DNA from: Oligoflexia bacterium | GTDB taxonomy: Bacteria; Bdellovibrionota; Bdellovibrionia; JABDDW01 | Reading direction: 5' to 3' | DNA length: 58,744 nt | Assembly: GCA_043732305.1 (NCBI GenBank) | Contig: JAYTHU010000196.1 | Location: 1 to 58,744 of the forward strand | In this document: positions 48,527 to 58,590 of the stretch, piece by piece | Numbering within the stretch: position 1 is the stretch's first letter | How the letters are laid out: each line of letters starts with the position of its first letter | Program-made: the position numbers and the translations under genes | The notes under the pieces: generated by a model | The model's input: the letters and a program-made list of their open reading frames with translations, nothing else | The model's database searches: none | What the model was told of the DNA's origin: nothing

Positions 48527-50797
48527 GTGATGACCATTGAAAGCACTCCCGAAGCCGTCAAAAAAATTTACTCCAATATGCATGACAAGGTGAAGAGCAT
48601 CCGGCAAAAAATCGGACGAGATCATCTCACCCTGGCAGAGAAAATTCTTTTTTCACACTTAGATCATGAAGATCAGGAATTAAAACGCGGATCAAGTTTC
48701 GTACTTTTGAGACCGGATCGCGTGGCCATGCAGGATGCGACTGCGCAAATGGCACTTTTGCAGTTCATGCAATCGGGAAGAAAATCTACGGCAGTTCCAT
48801 CCACTGTTCATTGTGACCACTTGATCTTGGCCCGTAACGGCGCAACCAAAGACACCGCCTTTGCTGCCCATGAGAATCAGGAAGTATATGATTTCCTGCA
48901 ATCAGTATGTAACAAATATGGTTTAGGTTTTTGGAAACCAGGTGCCGGAATTATTCACCAAGTTGTTTTAGAGAACTACGCTTTTCCTGGTGGATTGATG
49001 ATTGGTACTGACTCTCACACTCCAAATGCTGGTGGTTTAGGAATGGTTGCAATTGGCGTGGGCGGATCAGACGCTGCCGATGTCATGGCTGGACTTCCTT
49101 GGGAAGTTAAATTGCCCAAACTTATCGGCGTGCATCTCAAAGGTAAAATGAACGGATGGACATCGGCTAAAGACGTCATTCTTTATCTTTGCGGAAAATT
49201 AACCGTCAAAGGTGGTACCGATAAAATAGTAGAATATTTCGGCGAAGGTGTGAGCTCCATCAGCTGCACTGGGAAGGGAACAATCACGAATATGGGCGCC
49301 GAACTTGGGGCCACAACTTCTCTTTTCCCATTTGATGAACGCATGGTGCCTTATTTGAAGATGACTGCACGTTCTGAAATTGCTGAACTCGCTCGACAGT
49401 TTGCAGAAAATCTTCGAGCAGATTCTGCTGTCGAAAAAGACCCAGCAAAATATTATGATGAGATCGTTGAGATTGATCTCGATAAACTCGAGCCGCATGT
49501 GGTTGGCCCGCACTCGCCAGACGTCGCTCGACCAATCTCTCAGTTCGCAAAAGAAATTAAAGAGAAAAATTACCCTGATAAACTTTCGGCGGCACTGATT
49601 GGAAGTTGCACTAACTCTTCTTACGAAGACATTGGTCGCGCTTCTTTCATTGCCCAGCAAGCTTTGGACCACGGATTGAAAATGCAACAACCCTTCTTGG
49701 TTTCTCCAGGATCTGAACAAATTCATTTAACTATCCAACGTGATGGTCAAATGAAAACATTCAATGATTTAGGTGCGACTGTTTTGGCAAATGCCTGCGG
49801 TCCATGCATTGGTCAGTGGAAACGTGACGATATGAAAGAGGGAGAGAAAAACTCCATTATTAATTCGTTCAATAGAAATTTCCGCGCTCGCAATGATTCA
49901 AATCCAGAAACACTTTCGTTTATTTCAAGCCCAGACATTGTCATGGCCTTAGGCATTGCTGGACGTCTGAGTTTCAACCCAATGACTGACATGCTTGATT
50001 CCCCTAAAGGAAAATTTAAATTCGCTCCACCTGAAGGTGAAGAGTTGCCATCAAAAGGTTATGCGACTGGGGATCTAGGTTACGTGCCACCTGCAAAAAA
50101 TCCTGAGAACGTGACCGTGAAAGTTGACCCTTCAAGCAAGCGATTGCAACTTCTTGAGCCCTTCAAACCTTGGAATGGAAAAGATTTCGAGAAACTTCCT
50201 CTTTTACTTAAAGCGAAGGGCAAGTGCACGACCGATCATATTTCTCCTGCTGGTCCTTGGTTGAGATTTCGCGGACATTTGGACAACATCAGTGACAATA
50301 TGTTTTTGGGCGCGACAAACTCTTTCAACGGCGAAACCGGAAAAGTCACAAATCCTTTGACGGGTGAAAAATCAGTACCTATTCCAAAAGCGGCAAGAGA
50401 TTTGAAAGCCAAAGGTTCTCAGTGGGTTGTCGTGGGCGATGAAAATTACGGCGAGGGCAGTAGTCGTGAACACGCCGCCATGTCCCCTCGTTTCTTAAAT
50501 GCTGCAGTAGTCATTGTGAAAAGCTTTGCGCGAATTCATGAAACCAATTTGAAAAAACAAGGTTTGCTTGCTCTCACATTTGTAAATCCTGAGGATTATG
50601 ACAAGGTTCAGGAAACAGATAAAGTCAGCGTGCACGGCGTAGTGCAAATGGTTCCTGGAAAACAAATGGAAATGGTTCTCACTCATGCTGATGGCAAAGA
50701 AGAAAAAATTACTTTGAAACATTCTTTCAATGCGGAACAAATTCTTTGGTTTAAAGCAGGTTCAGCATTGAACTTGATGAACACAAAGAGCAACTAA
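48527..50797 (+). CDS. acnA: Aconitate hydratase (mitochondrial-like short AcnA type)
   Basis: DRVAMQDATAQMA, VHCDHLI, GTDSHTPN, GSCTNSS, ACGPCIG, TTDHISPAG, GSSREHA. Confidence 0.95.
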   Translation: MMTIESTPEAVKKIYSNMHDKVKSIRQKIGRDHLTLAEKILFSHLDHEDQELKRGSSFVLLRPDRVAMQDATAQMALLQFMQSGRKSTAVPSTVHCDHLILARNGATKDTAFAAHENQEVYDFLQSVCNKYGLGFWKPGAGIIHQVVLENYAFPGGLMIGTDSHTPNAGGLGMVAIGVGGSDAADVMAGLPWEVKLPKLIGVHLKGKMNGWTSAKDVILYLCGKLTVKGGTDKIVEYFGEGVSSISCTGKGTITNMGAELGATTSLFPFDERMVPYLKMTARSEIAELARQFAENLRADSAVEKDPAKYYDEIVEIDLDKLEPHVVGPHSPDVARPISQFAKEIKEKNYPDKLSAALIGSCTNSSYEDIGRASFIAQQALDHGLKMQQPFLVSPGSEQIHLTIQRDGQMKTFNDLGATVLANACGPCIGQWKRDDMKEGEKNSIINSFNRNFRARNDSNPETLSFISSPDIVMALGIAGRLSFNPMTDMLDSPKGKFKFAPPEGEELPSKGYATGDLGYVPPAKNPENVTVKVDPSSKRLQLLEPFKPWNGKDFEKLPLLLKAKGKCTTDHISPAGPWLRFRGHLDNISDNMFLGATNSFNGETGKVTNPLTGEKSVPIPKAARDLKAKGSQWVVVGDENYGEGSSREHAAMSPRFLNAAVVIVKSFARIHETNLKKQGLLALTFVNPEDYDKVQETDKVSVHGVVQMVPGKQMEMVLTHADGKEEKITLKHSFNAEQILWFKAGSALNLMNTKSN

Positions 50798-53139
50798 AAG
50801 CTGTATGTTCCAAAGAGCGTGATCACAGGAGCTGTGACGGTTACACTTGAGTTAGAAACAGTGGCCGCTTGATATTGAAGTTGATCACTCTTGTAACCAA
50901 AGCTCAATCCACCGGCCAGGTCATTTGAAAATTTTCGAATGATGGCCGCTTCATATTTATAGCTAATATAGTTCGAGTAGATTGCATTTATTTCTGTACC
51001 TTGATTGGCGATAAGCACTGGAACCGAAATCTCCGCTGCTAGTTTAGCATCCCAATTTTCTGCGAATCCATAATGAGCTTCCAGCCCTTCAGCTAAACTG
51101 AGAATCTGTGGATTTTCAGCTGTAAATGTTCCCTGATTAGCTTCAGGAAGCACGATCGGCAGTTGCCAAGATCTAATACCAAATAGATTTCGCCAATTGA
51201 ATTTTGCGTTTTTTGAAAGAGATCTTCGATAGGCCCACTTGACTTCGAACTCAGGGATGCTGAGAGAAGTATTCAAATAACTGTAGCTGGTCCAGTTCGC
51301 TGAAAGTTTGATTCCATGATGCGAGCCAATGAAAAATCCGGTGGCGTCGAATTCATAACCGTTTGAGGGACTGTAAAATCCAACGTCCGTGGGACTGCTA
51401 CTGGATCCACTACTTCCACTGCTGTTTTCCGGAATATGAGCAGAGTAAGTGGTGGGCATATAGGAATATCTCGCAGTAAAATCAAGATCCGAGAATTTCT
51501 CATGTTGAATGCTTCTTTGCCCATCGAAAGAAGCGCCATCATCGGTGATTTCGGCTCCCACTGTTCCCAAAAATGAATCCACAGAAACTTTGCTCTGTGA
51601 AGCACTTGTCAAAGTGGTGTTGTTGTTACCGTTAAACGTGCTGTAAGAAAATTTATCAGATGAGGCTCCGGCCATCGCCAAAAATCTAATGTTCCCGTTA
51701 AACGCATATTTAAATCCTAATTCGATTTTGGGATTGATGGTGAAATTAGGAGTTTCTTGCATGTATTTTGAAGAAAAACTCGAGTGAGAAAGAGGGGCGG
51801 AGACAGATCCTTGAGCATTGATGGCCCAACGCTTGGAAAGTGGCAGAGTATAATCGACTCCTAGCATAGGCCCTAAAAAGCTAGGAGTAAAATTTTGGTA
51901 AGTCGTAGAAGCGCTTCCGTTGCTGTTATTGTTGGGAACCAGCATTGGCATTTGCCAGACGCGTGCTCCCGCAAGAAATTTCAAATAATGAAATCGGTAT
52001 TGTGACGCCGCTTGAATTTCACTTGTGCTAACCAAGCTGTTATTTAGCAAAAGGTTACTGATAATGCCTTTGATTTTCAGACCCCAGTCGGAATTTGCTA
52101 ACCACATGCTGCCATCAATGCTGACATCTGCACCGGTAGCGGCAGTGTTAGTGCTGGATGAATTTTCCGTGATGTATTCATTGTAATTGACCGTTCGCAT
52201 CGAATATTTAAAAGTCAGGTCAACTTTTTCGAATTCCACTGGCTTAGTTTTTTTCACGTCAAAAGTATAGTCAGAAATAGAACCTAAGTTTTCTGGAGAT
52301 GGATTGATCAAGCTGTCAGTATGAACGGGAGTGACAGTTGCAACGTATCTACCTGCAGGAAGCTTCCCCATATTGAATTTTGAAGAGAGACTGCGAACGG
52401 TCAAATAGGGCTTGCTGTCAGCAGCAGACGCAGGATTACGATTTGCACCGACGTCTTCTTCAGTAGTTTTATAGATTGCGATTTGATAAAATTTTGCTTC
52501 GGGGTCAGGTTCAACTTTCATGTGGATTGAGCTTCGCGATGCAAACTCACCACTGTCTTTTGCTTTTTCAAGTTTAAATTTTTTAATCGTGACTGGAGGA
52601 CCATATTGATCGTCTAAAGAGGAACTGACATCGATCTCATAATTTCCTTCGTCTTTTGGCTCAAAATCTGCTTCGGGACTGACGGTCTCGATTTTCTGAA
52701 CTTCTTTTCCATCTTTTTTGAGCGTCACGAGATATTTAGGAGCGGGTTCTGGAGGAGACCATTGAGTTTTTACTGAAGATTTTCTTGCTGCGGAAAAACT
52801 AACTTTTTCAGTCTGCACCGGTTTTTCATCAAGAACTTTAGCGATGACTGGGGCCGTGACCACCAATTTAAATGGTTTGCTCCATTCGCCTTCTCGAGAA
52901 AATCCATTCAGAGCTTGCACGCGGAGATAGTAAACCCCGGACTTAAGATCGTATTTAAAACTGTCTTCCATTACTTTTTGTTGCACTATAACTTTTCTAA
53001 ATTCTTTGTCGGAGGCTACTTCTAAATTATACCCTCGAGCATCTTCTATCGCTTTCCATTTCAATTGCACTTCTTTAGCCTGAAGCAAGTTGCTAAATAG
53101 AAGACAATAGAGCGCGAGTAGTTTTGATTTGTTGGTCAC
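50794..53139 (-). CDS. Secreted/outer-membrane protein: N-terminal FN3/Ig-like domains plus two tandem beta-barrel-like domains
   Basis: Signal peptide, VQLKW..YNLEVA..YYLRVQA; internal duplication; C-terminal GTYSF resembles a BAM beta-signal. Confidence 0.7.
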   Translation of the reverse strand: MTNKSKLLALYCLLFSNLLQAKEVQLKWKAIEDARGYNLEVASDKEFRKVIVQQKVMEDSFKYDLKSGVYYLRVQALNGFSREGEWSKPFKLVVTAPVIAKVLDEKPVQTEKVSFSAARKSSVKTQWSPPEPAPKYLVTLKKDGKEVQKIETVSPEADFEPKDEGNYEIDVSSSLDDQYGPPVTIKKFKLEKAKDSGEFASRSSIHMKVEPDPEAKFYQIAIYKTTEEDVGANRNPASAADSKPYLTVRSLSSKFNMGKLPAGRYVATVTPVHTDSLINPSPENLGSISDYTFDVKKTKPVEFEKVDLTFKYSMRTVNYNEYITENSSSTNTAATGADVSIDGSMWLANSDWGLKIKGIISNLLLNNSLVSTSEIQAASQYRFHYLKFLAGARVWQMPMLVPNNNSNGSASTTYQNFTPSFLGPMLGVDYTLPLSKRWAINAQGSVSAPLSHSSFSSKYMQETPNFTINPKIELGFKYAFNGNIRFLAMAGASSDKFSYSTFNGNNNTTLTSASQSKVSVDSFLGTVGAEITDDGASFDGQRSIQHEKFSDLDFTARYSYMPTTYSAHIPENSSGSSGSSSSPTDVGFYSPSNGYEFDATGFFIGSHHGIKLSANWTSYSYLNTSLSIPEFEVKWAYRRSLSKNAKFNWRNLFGIRSWQLPIVLPEANQGTFTAENPQILSLAEGLEAHYGFAENWDAKLAAEISVPVLIANQGTEINAIYSNYISYKYEAAIIRKFSNDLAGGLSFGYKSDQLQYQAATVSNSSVTVTAPVITLFGTYSF

Positions 53140-54902
53140 TGGACCCCCTGCATATCAAATTCGGGGGAATCGAGCTTTTTATTATGGATCACGTGAAAAG
53201 ATTTTTCAGAAGATTTAGACTCTCTTCCATATTGATCAATAGCCGCTACCAACCATTTGTAGTTGCCATCTTGCAAATCTGTTTTGGTTGTTTCGAGTTC
53301 TTTCAACGTCACATCTTCGAAAGATTTGGATTCTTTATTGCCAATTTTAACAAGTCGAAATTTATATTCGATTGCACCTTGAACAGGAGCCCATTTAAGA
53401 GAAATGTTTCCATCATCTGCCACGTTGAACTCAGTTTTAGATGTGAGTAATTTAGGAGAAGGCAGCAAAGGTGTCGGGGGCTGGATGGTGAATGATCGAA
53501 TCTCTTTAAATAACCAGACGCCACCGACATCTTGATATCCTACAGACCAAAAATAGGTTCCTGGTTCTAGTTTCTCTTTATAGAGCATTTCGTCTTCTGT
53601 GGTTTCAAGCCCAAGCAAGGGCTCGCCCTTGAGATCCACATCTTTTGACAAAACAAATTTGTGAATCTCTAAATCCTGATGTGACCACTTGAAAGTCACA
53701 CCTTTGTTGTTCTGAAAAAACTCCATGGCTATAGAAAGTCGTGTCTCTGGGGAAATCAGTTGCGGAGGATTTGTTTCTAAGGATTTTTTGATTTCAAACT
53801 CTGAGATAGAACTAGGTTTTCTATCTTCACCGTAGATTGCTGAAACTCTCCAGAAGATCGGCCCCTCTGTGAGCCTCGAAGTTTTTAGAGAAGTTTTGGC
53901 CGTATCATCTTTGTAAAAAACTTCTTTGAAGTCTGAATCATGAGAAATTTCTATCAAATAGGAGTTGGCATTGAAACTAGACTCCCAAGTGAATTCAACG
54001 GAAGGGATTTCTCCATGAAAAGAGAGTTTTCTTTTTGGAGCGGGATCCAAAAGTTTTGGTGCCTGCATTTGCACAATATCAATTGATCTGACTTCACTGA
54101 TTATTTCCTTTTTGGTCGTTAGATCTCGCACGCGCCAAAAATATTGCCCCAATTCTAGCGGCACTATCACGAATTTTTTATCACTCGAAGTTTTTGAAAT
54201 GAGACGAGTGAAATCTTTGTCTTGAGAAATCTCTAGGGAATGAATGTCGCTGCGACTGTTCCATTTGAAAGTGACATTTTCAATTTTGCCATCAATCAAT
54301 TTACGCATCAAAGCGGAGGGGGCATCCAGAGTAACGGGAATAATTTTTTCTTCGACGGTTCCATCTTTGTTCACAATGACTTGTTTGCCGGTACCGTCCG
54401 CTTCGGTTGAAGTAGCGGTCAATCGGCCTTTTTTCTCGTCAATATTTAGAGCGAGAGTTTTTCTGCCGCCTGTTTTCATCGCAACGCCGTTAATTTTTAT
54501 TTCTGTAAGCAGGCTACTGTCTTGTCCTTCAATCACTAACTGGCCACTTTTTAGATCAAGTGACAATTGATCGTTGTCTTTCGCCAGAATGACTAAGCTA
54601 GAAGAGCCAAGTTTTATTTCTCCTCCACCTTTCAAAGAAATAACTGTTTGCGCTCGATCTGACGTTTGAATGGAATCATCCCAGAAAAGTTTGTCATTTT
54701 TTTTCATCAGATCCCAGATCATATTGTCTGAGAGTTTTCGCTTTACGGTTTCGTTTTTCTCTTTTATAAATCCGGCTTCAATCAATCCGTCGATACGAGA
54801 AGTGTTAACGTATACATCAACGTAAAGAAGACGTGTGCAAAATGCGGCTCCGCCAAGAGAAAGTATGACTACAAAATAGCTAAAGGCATGTTTTTTTATC
54901 AT
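53136..54902 (-). CDS. FecR-like domain membrane protein with Ig/FN3-like repeats
   Basis: N-terminal TM, DSIQT..AQTVI.L..G.EIKLGSSSLV FecR-like core, four P.L..P...F.W...YFW.V repeats. Confidence 0.8.
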   Translation of the reverse strand: MIKKHAFSYFVVILSLGGAAFCTRLLYVDVYVNTSRIDGLIEAGFIKEKNETVKRKLSDNMIWDLMKKNDKLFWDDSIQTSDRAQTVISLKGGGEIKLGSSSLVILAKDNDQLSLDLKSGQLVIEGQDSSLLTEIKINGVAMKTGGRKTLALNIDEKKGRLTATSTEADGTGKQVIVNKDGTVEEKIIPVTLDAPSALMRKLIDGKIENVTFKWNSRSDIHSLEISQDKDFTRLISKTSSDKKFVIVPLELGQYFWRVRDLTTKKEIISEVRSIDIVQMQAPKLLDPAPKRKLSFHGEIPSVEFTWESSFNANSYLIEISHDSDFKEVFYKDDTAKTSLKTSRLTEGPIFWRVSAIYGEDRKPSSISEFEIKKSLETNPPQLISPETRLSIAMEFFQNNKGVTFKWSHQDLEIHKFVLSKDVDLKGEPLLGLETTEDEMLYKEKLEPGTYFWSVGYQDVGGVWLFKEIRSFTIQPPTPLLPSPKLLTSKTEFNVADDGNISLKWAPVQGAIEYKFRLVKIGNKESKSFEDVTLKELETTKTDLQDGNYKWLVAAIDQYGRESKSSEKSFHVIHNKKLDSPEFDMQGVQ

Positions 54903-54961
54903 TGCATTGAATTATCGAAATTAAATCACTTTTGGTTAACTGGACTGGACTTAAAATTTTA

Positions 54962-54988
54962 TCAGGATTTTGCTGCTATGGCCGATGA
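54962..54988 (+). promoter_or_regulatory. Putative sigma28 (FliA) promoter for the cyclase
   Basis: TCAG-N15-GCCGATGA. Confidence 0.45.
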
Positions 54989-55039
54989 AGTAGAGTCGAT
55001 GAAACTATTCGACGATACAACTTCCTCATTGGAGAGAAA

Positions 55040-56875
55040 ATGCCCGAAGAAAAATTGATCGCGGAAAAACCAATTGTCGAAAAGATAGTTCGACCCGAAA
55101 AAATGAAAATCCCGATCGGATTTAAGCTTGTTTCGATTATGGCATTGATTCTGGTTACAGCCACTCTCACCGTAGTTTTCATGGCCACCAAACTTTTCAC
55201 TGACGACAACAGGGCGTTTATTCAGAAATCTAATAGTGATGTCGCGGCTCAACTGGGCAACCAGACATATGACTATTTTGACAATCTTGTTCACACGTTC
55301 ACTACTGTTTTCGAAATTCAGACACAAAAATCAAAAGCTGGATTGCGTCAGGCTGCTATAAAAAGTCAATTTGAACGAAACAAAGAAATTTTTGCAATGA
55401 CAGTTTGGGACCAATCGGGAATTGAACCTCTTTATCAAGACTTTGCTGTTCAAGCAGAGTCACTAAAAGACATTATTTCTGGCGTCAAACCCTCGATCAA
55501 AGTATGGAAAAAAGAGATCAACGTCCAGCGAGTCAACGTGGCCGGACAAGCTCTCATCGCTATGAGTTTTCCATTGGCCACTGACGCTGATGGAAAAGTA
55601 AATAAAGCCGCAGTTGGTTATTTTAGTCAGATCAAGCTCATTCAAAGTTACGGTAAAAAAGACGTCGGTACTTCCTACTTAGTTGATAAGGATGGCAATG
55701 TATTGGCTCATCCCAAAGTAAGTCTAATGGCAGCGGGCGTGAATTTGCGTGATGTAGAAATTGTGTCAAAAATGATTGAAGGCACCAGCAACAATAGCCA
55801 GGTGCGATTCACTGATCGAGATGGAAAAATCTATCTTGGGGCATTTCGTCAAGTTGGAGTTGGAGGGATGGGAGTCATTTCTCAAGTTTTGGAAGAAACG
55901 GCCTTTGCCACCGCCAAACGAGTTAAATACCGTTCTATTCTGGTGGCAGGTATCATTTTGTTCCTCTCGTTCTCACTCATTTATTTTTTCTCGAAGACGC
56001 TCACCAAGCCTATTCAAGTGCTTGTTGAACTCACACGTGAAATCGCCAATGGAAATTTCAAAATAAAAGTTGATCCTAAGGGGCGAGACGAAATCGCCGA
56101 GCTGACTAAGTCGTTCGGAAAAATGTCCGCGGGCCTGGCCGAACGAGACAAACTTAAAGAGACATTTAATAAATTTCATTCCAAGGAAATCGCCGAAGCT
56201 ATTCTGGCGGGAGAAATAAAACTTGGCGGTACCAAACAAACGGCCACCGTCTTTTTCAGCGATATTCGTGGGTTCACGGGAATGAGTGAAGAACTCACTG
56301 CCGAACAGGTTGTAGAAATGCTCAATGAATATATGACGGCCATGGTTTCAGAGATCACCATTCATAAAGGAGTCGTTGATAAATACGTTGGCGACGCAAT
56401 TATGGCAATCTGGGGAGCCCCGATTCCGAAACCAGACGACACTTGGAATGCGGTCAAAGCTTGCTTGGCCATGCGACTTAAACTAGCTGTATTTAATGAG
56501 GATCGCATTGCCAAAGGTAAGAAGCCTGTAAAAATAGGCATGGGGCTTCATTGCGGTGAACTTATTGCTGGAAATATCGGCTCGTCCGAGAAGATGGAAT
56601 ACACTTGTATTGGTGATACCGTAAATACGGCTTCGCGAATTGAATCTATGACTAAGGAATTTGGGACTGATTTACTCATCAGCAGTGCCGTTTACGAATT
56701 ATTGAAGGATCGTTTGATCGTCGAGCCGGTTACGGCTTCTGTAAAAGGAAAAGCAAAAGCTATTCAAGCATTCAAAGTGAAGGGTTATTTTGATGAAAAT
56801 AAGAACCCTGTGGAAGTAACCACGGCCTATTCCGCATACGAAGCTGAGCATTCTGAAAAAGTCAAAGCTGCATAA
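55040..56875 (+). CDS. Class III adenylate cyclase with periplasmic Cache-like sensor and HAMP domain
   Basis: 2 TM segments, YLVDKDGNVLAHP, HAMP RDEIAEL, FFSDIRGFT, DKYVGDA, YTCIGDTVNTASRIE (K/T specificity residues indicate ATP). Confidence 0.92.
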   Translation: MPEEKLIAEKPIVEKIVRPEKMKIPIGFKLVSIMALILVTATLTVVFMATKLFTDDNRAFIQKSNSDVAAQLGNQTYDYFDNLVHTFTTVFEIQTQKSKAGLRQAAIKSQFERNKEIFAMTVWDQSGIEPLYQDFAVQAESLKDIISGVKPSIKVWKKEINVQRVNVAGQALIAMSFPLATDADGKVNKAAVGYFSQIKLIQSYGKKDVGTSYLVDKDGNVLAHPKVSLMAAGVNLRDVEIVSKMIEGTSNNSQVRFTDRDGKIYLGAFRQVGVGGMGVISQVLEETAFATAKRVKYRSILVAGIILFLSFSLIYFFSKTLTKPIQVLVELTREIANGNFKIKVDPKGRDEIAELTKSFGKMSAGLAERDKLKETFNKFHSKEIAEAILAGEIKLGGTKQTATVFFSDIRGFTGMSEELTAEQVVEMLNEYMTAMVSEITIHKGVVDKYVGDAIMAIWGAPIPKPDDTWNAVKACLAMRLKLAVFNEDRIAKGKKPVKIGMGLHCGELIAGNIGSSEKMEYTCIGDTVNTASRIESMTKEFGTDLLISSAVYELLKDRLIVEPVTASVKGKAKAIQAFKVKGYFDENKNPVEVTTAYSAYEAEHSEKVKAA

Positions 56876-56947
56876 AGAGATTTCTATCTAGAAATCCCCG
56901 GAAACAATTGACATAGATTTTGTTTTGTTGGTAACTATGGTTCATAA

Positions 56948-57370
56948 ATGTATGCAGGAAGTCAGTTCTCCGTAGCTCTTCACATCCTATGCACTTTGGC
57001 CCATCGGGCGCAGAGGGTTTCCTCAATTGAATTGTCAAGAGGGATCAAAACAAATCCGGTTGTAATCAGAAAAATCATAGCTCAACTGTCACGTGACAAA
57101 ATCATTGATTCTCAGGTTGGGAAGAATGGGGGCTGTAAACTTGCGCGGCCTGCGAACAAAATCAGCTTGCTAGAAATTTTTGAGTCCATAGAAGACGGCC
57201 AACTCTTTAATATTCATGATTACCCAGCAGACAAAAACTGCAAGGTCAGCAAGAGTATCAAGAGTGCGCTCAAACATGTTTTCTTGGATACGGAATGCGC
57301 CGTTAAGAAAAATCTCAAATCAAAGAATCTCACCGATGTCCTTAACCGGATGAACATTCATCTTAGTTAA
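56948..57370 (+). CDS. Rrf2-family transcriptional regulator
   Basis: FSVALHIL, TNPVVIRKI, GKNGG, ISLLEIFESIE. Confidence 0.9.
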   Translation: MYAGSQFSVALHILCTLAHRAQRVSSIELSRGIKTNPVVIRKIIAQLSRDKIIDSQVGKNGGCKLARPANKISLLEIFESIEDGQLFNIHDYPADKNCKVSKSIKSALKHVFLDTECAVKKNLKSKNLTDVLNRMNIHLS

Positions 57371-57376
57371 TTCAAA

Positions 57377-57979
57377 TTAAATTGCGACAACTTCTATGAC
57401 TTCGGGAATCAGCTCTTTGAGACGGGTCTCAATACCCATTTTTAATGTCAACGTCGAGCTAGGGCAGCCAGCGCAAGAGCCTTGCATGAACAAATAAACC
57501 GTTCCATTTTCAAAACGATCAAAAGTAATATCTCCGCCATCCATTGCAACCGCGGGACGAATTTCTTCATCAAGAATTTTAATGATTTGAGTTTCAATCT
57601 CGGTTTTGTTTCCGGTGAATTCTTTTTGCTTTTTCTCCGCTGTCTCGATGAAATCAGCAGACAATGCATTCTCACCGCTAGCAATATACTCTTTGATTGT
57701 GTTTTCAGTTGCTGAATGGATTTGATCCCATTCGTGAGAATCAGCTTTGGTGATGGTAATGAAGTTCCGGCCAATCATGACGGCAGAAATCCCAGGAGTA
57801 CCAAAAAGCTTGGTAGCCAATGGAGATTTTCCTGCTGATGCTTGATCAATAAAATTAGCTGCGCCTTTTTCTAAAAGTGTTTCTTCCACCACGTATTTAA
57901 GCGTGTTGGGGTTAGGCGTAAATTCCAAAGAAACATAAATGTCACTGGGGTTCTTGCTCGCGATAGTTTTTTCGCTCAT
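57377..57979 (-). CDS. nfuA: Nfu/NifU-family Fe-S carrier (Nfu_N + NifU-C)
   Basis: TPNPNTLK, SPLA, IRPAVAMDGGDI, GSCAGCPSS. Confidence 0.9.
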   Translation of the reverse strand: MSEKTIASKNPSDIYVSLEFTPNPNTLKYVVEETLLEKGAANFIDQASAGKSPLATKLFGTPGISAVMIGRNFITITKADSHEWDQIHSATENTIKEYIASGENALSADFIETAEKKQKEFTGNKTEIETQIIKILDEEIRPAVAMDGGDITFDRFENGTVYLFMQGSCAGCPSSTLTLKMGIETRLKELIPEVIEVVAI

Positions 57980-58323
57980 TTTTTTTCACCGGCAACAAGC
58001 GCTTCTAGTTCGCCGCGCTCGTAAATTTCTGTGATGATATCGCATCCACCAACAAATTCACCATTGATGAAAATTTGGGGAACCGTGGGCCATTGTGTGA
58101 ATTCTTCAAGCGCACCCCAGAGAGGGTCGTCGGACAAAACGTCAACTGAAGCAAAAGAAATGTTTAGAGTTTTTAAAACATTTACGGAATGAGCAGAAAA
58201 TCCGCACTGAGGGAAATCAGCGGTGCCCTTCATGTAAATGATAATTTTATTTTCTTTAACCTGTTGTTCGATTTTATTTTTTAAAGATTCTACGCTGGAG
58301 TCTGTAGCGGCTTCTAACATCAT
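57976..58323 (-). CDS. grxD: Monothiol glutaredoxin (Grx4)
   Basis: MKGT, PQCGFS, WPTVPQ, GGCDI. Confidence 0.95.
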   Translation of the reverse strand: MMLEAATDSSVESLKNKIEQQVKENKIIIYMKGTADFPQCGFSAHSVNVLKTLNISFASVDVLSDDPLWGALEEFTQWPTVPQIFINGEFVGGCDIITEIYERGELEALVAGEKK

Positions 58324-58338
58324 TTTTTCGATCCTCGT

Positions 58339-58590
58339 TTATTTAGTTTTTTGCGCCCATTCAGCGGGCGTGAAAGTTTTAAGAGAAAGTGCGTGTACAT
58401 TTCCAGATTGAATGTGGGGATCAAACAGGGTTTTGACAAGCCGGTGTTGATCGATCATTTTTTTTCCGCTAAAAAGCTCAGATATGACAGTCACTTGATA
58501 GTGGTCTTGTGTACCTGTGAGATCTTCAACGATAGCCTTTGTGCCAGGCCACTTGGATTCTATAAAATCTTGAACTTCTTTAATTGTCAT
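58339..58590 (-). CDS. bolA: BolA/IbaG family protein
   Basis: DHY, F.GKKMIDQHRLV, VHALSLKT; adjacent to grxD. Confidence 0.92.
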   Translation of the reverse strand: MTIKEVQDFIESKWPGTKAIVEDLTGTQDHYQVTVISELFSGKKMIDQHRLVKTLFDPHIQSGNVHALSLKTFTPAEWAQKTK

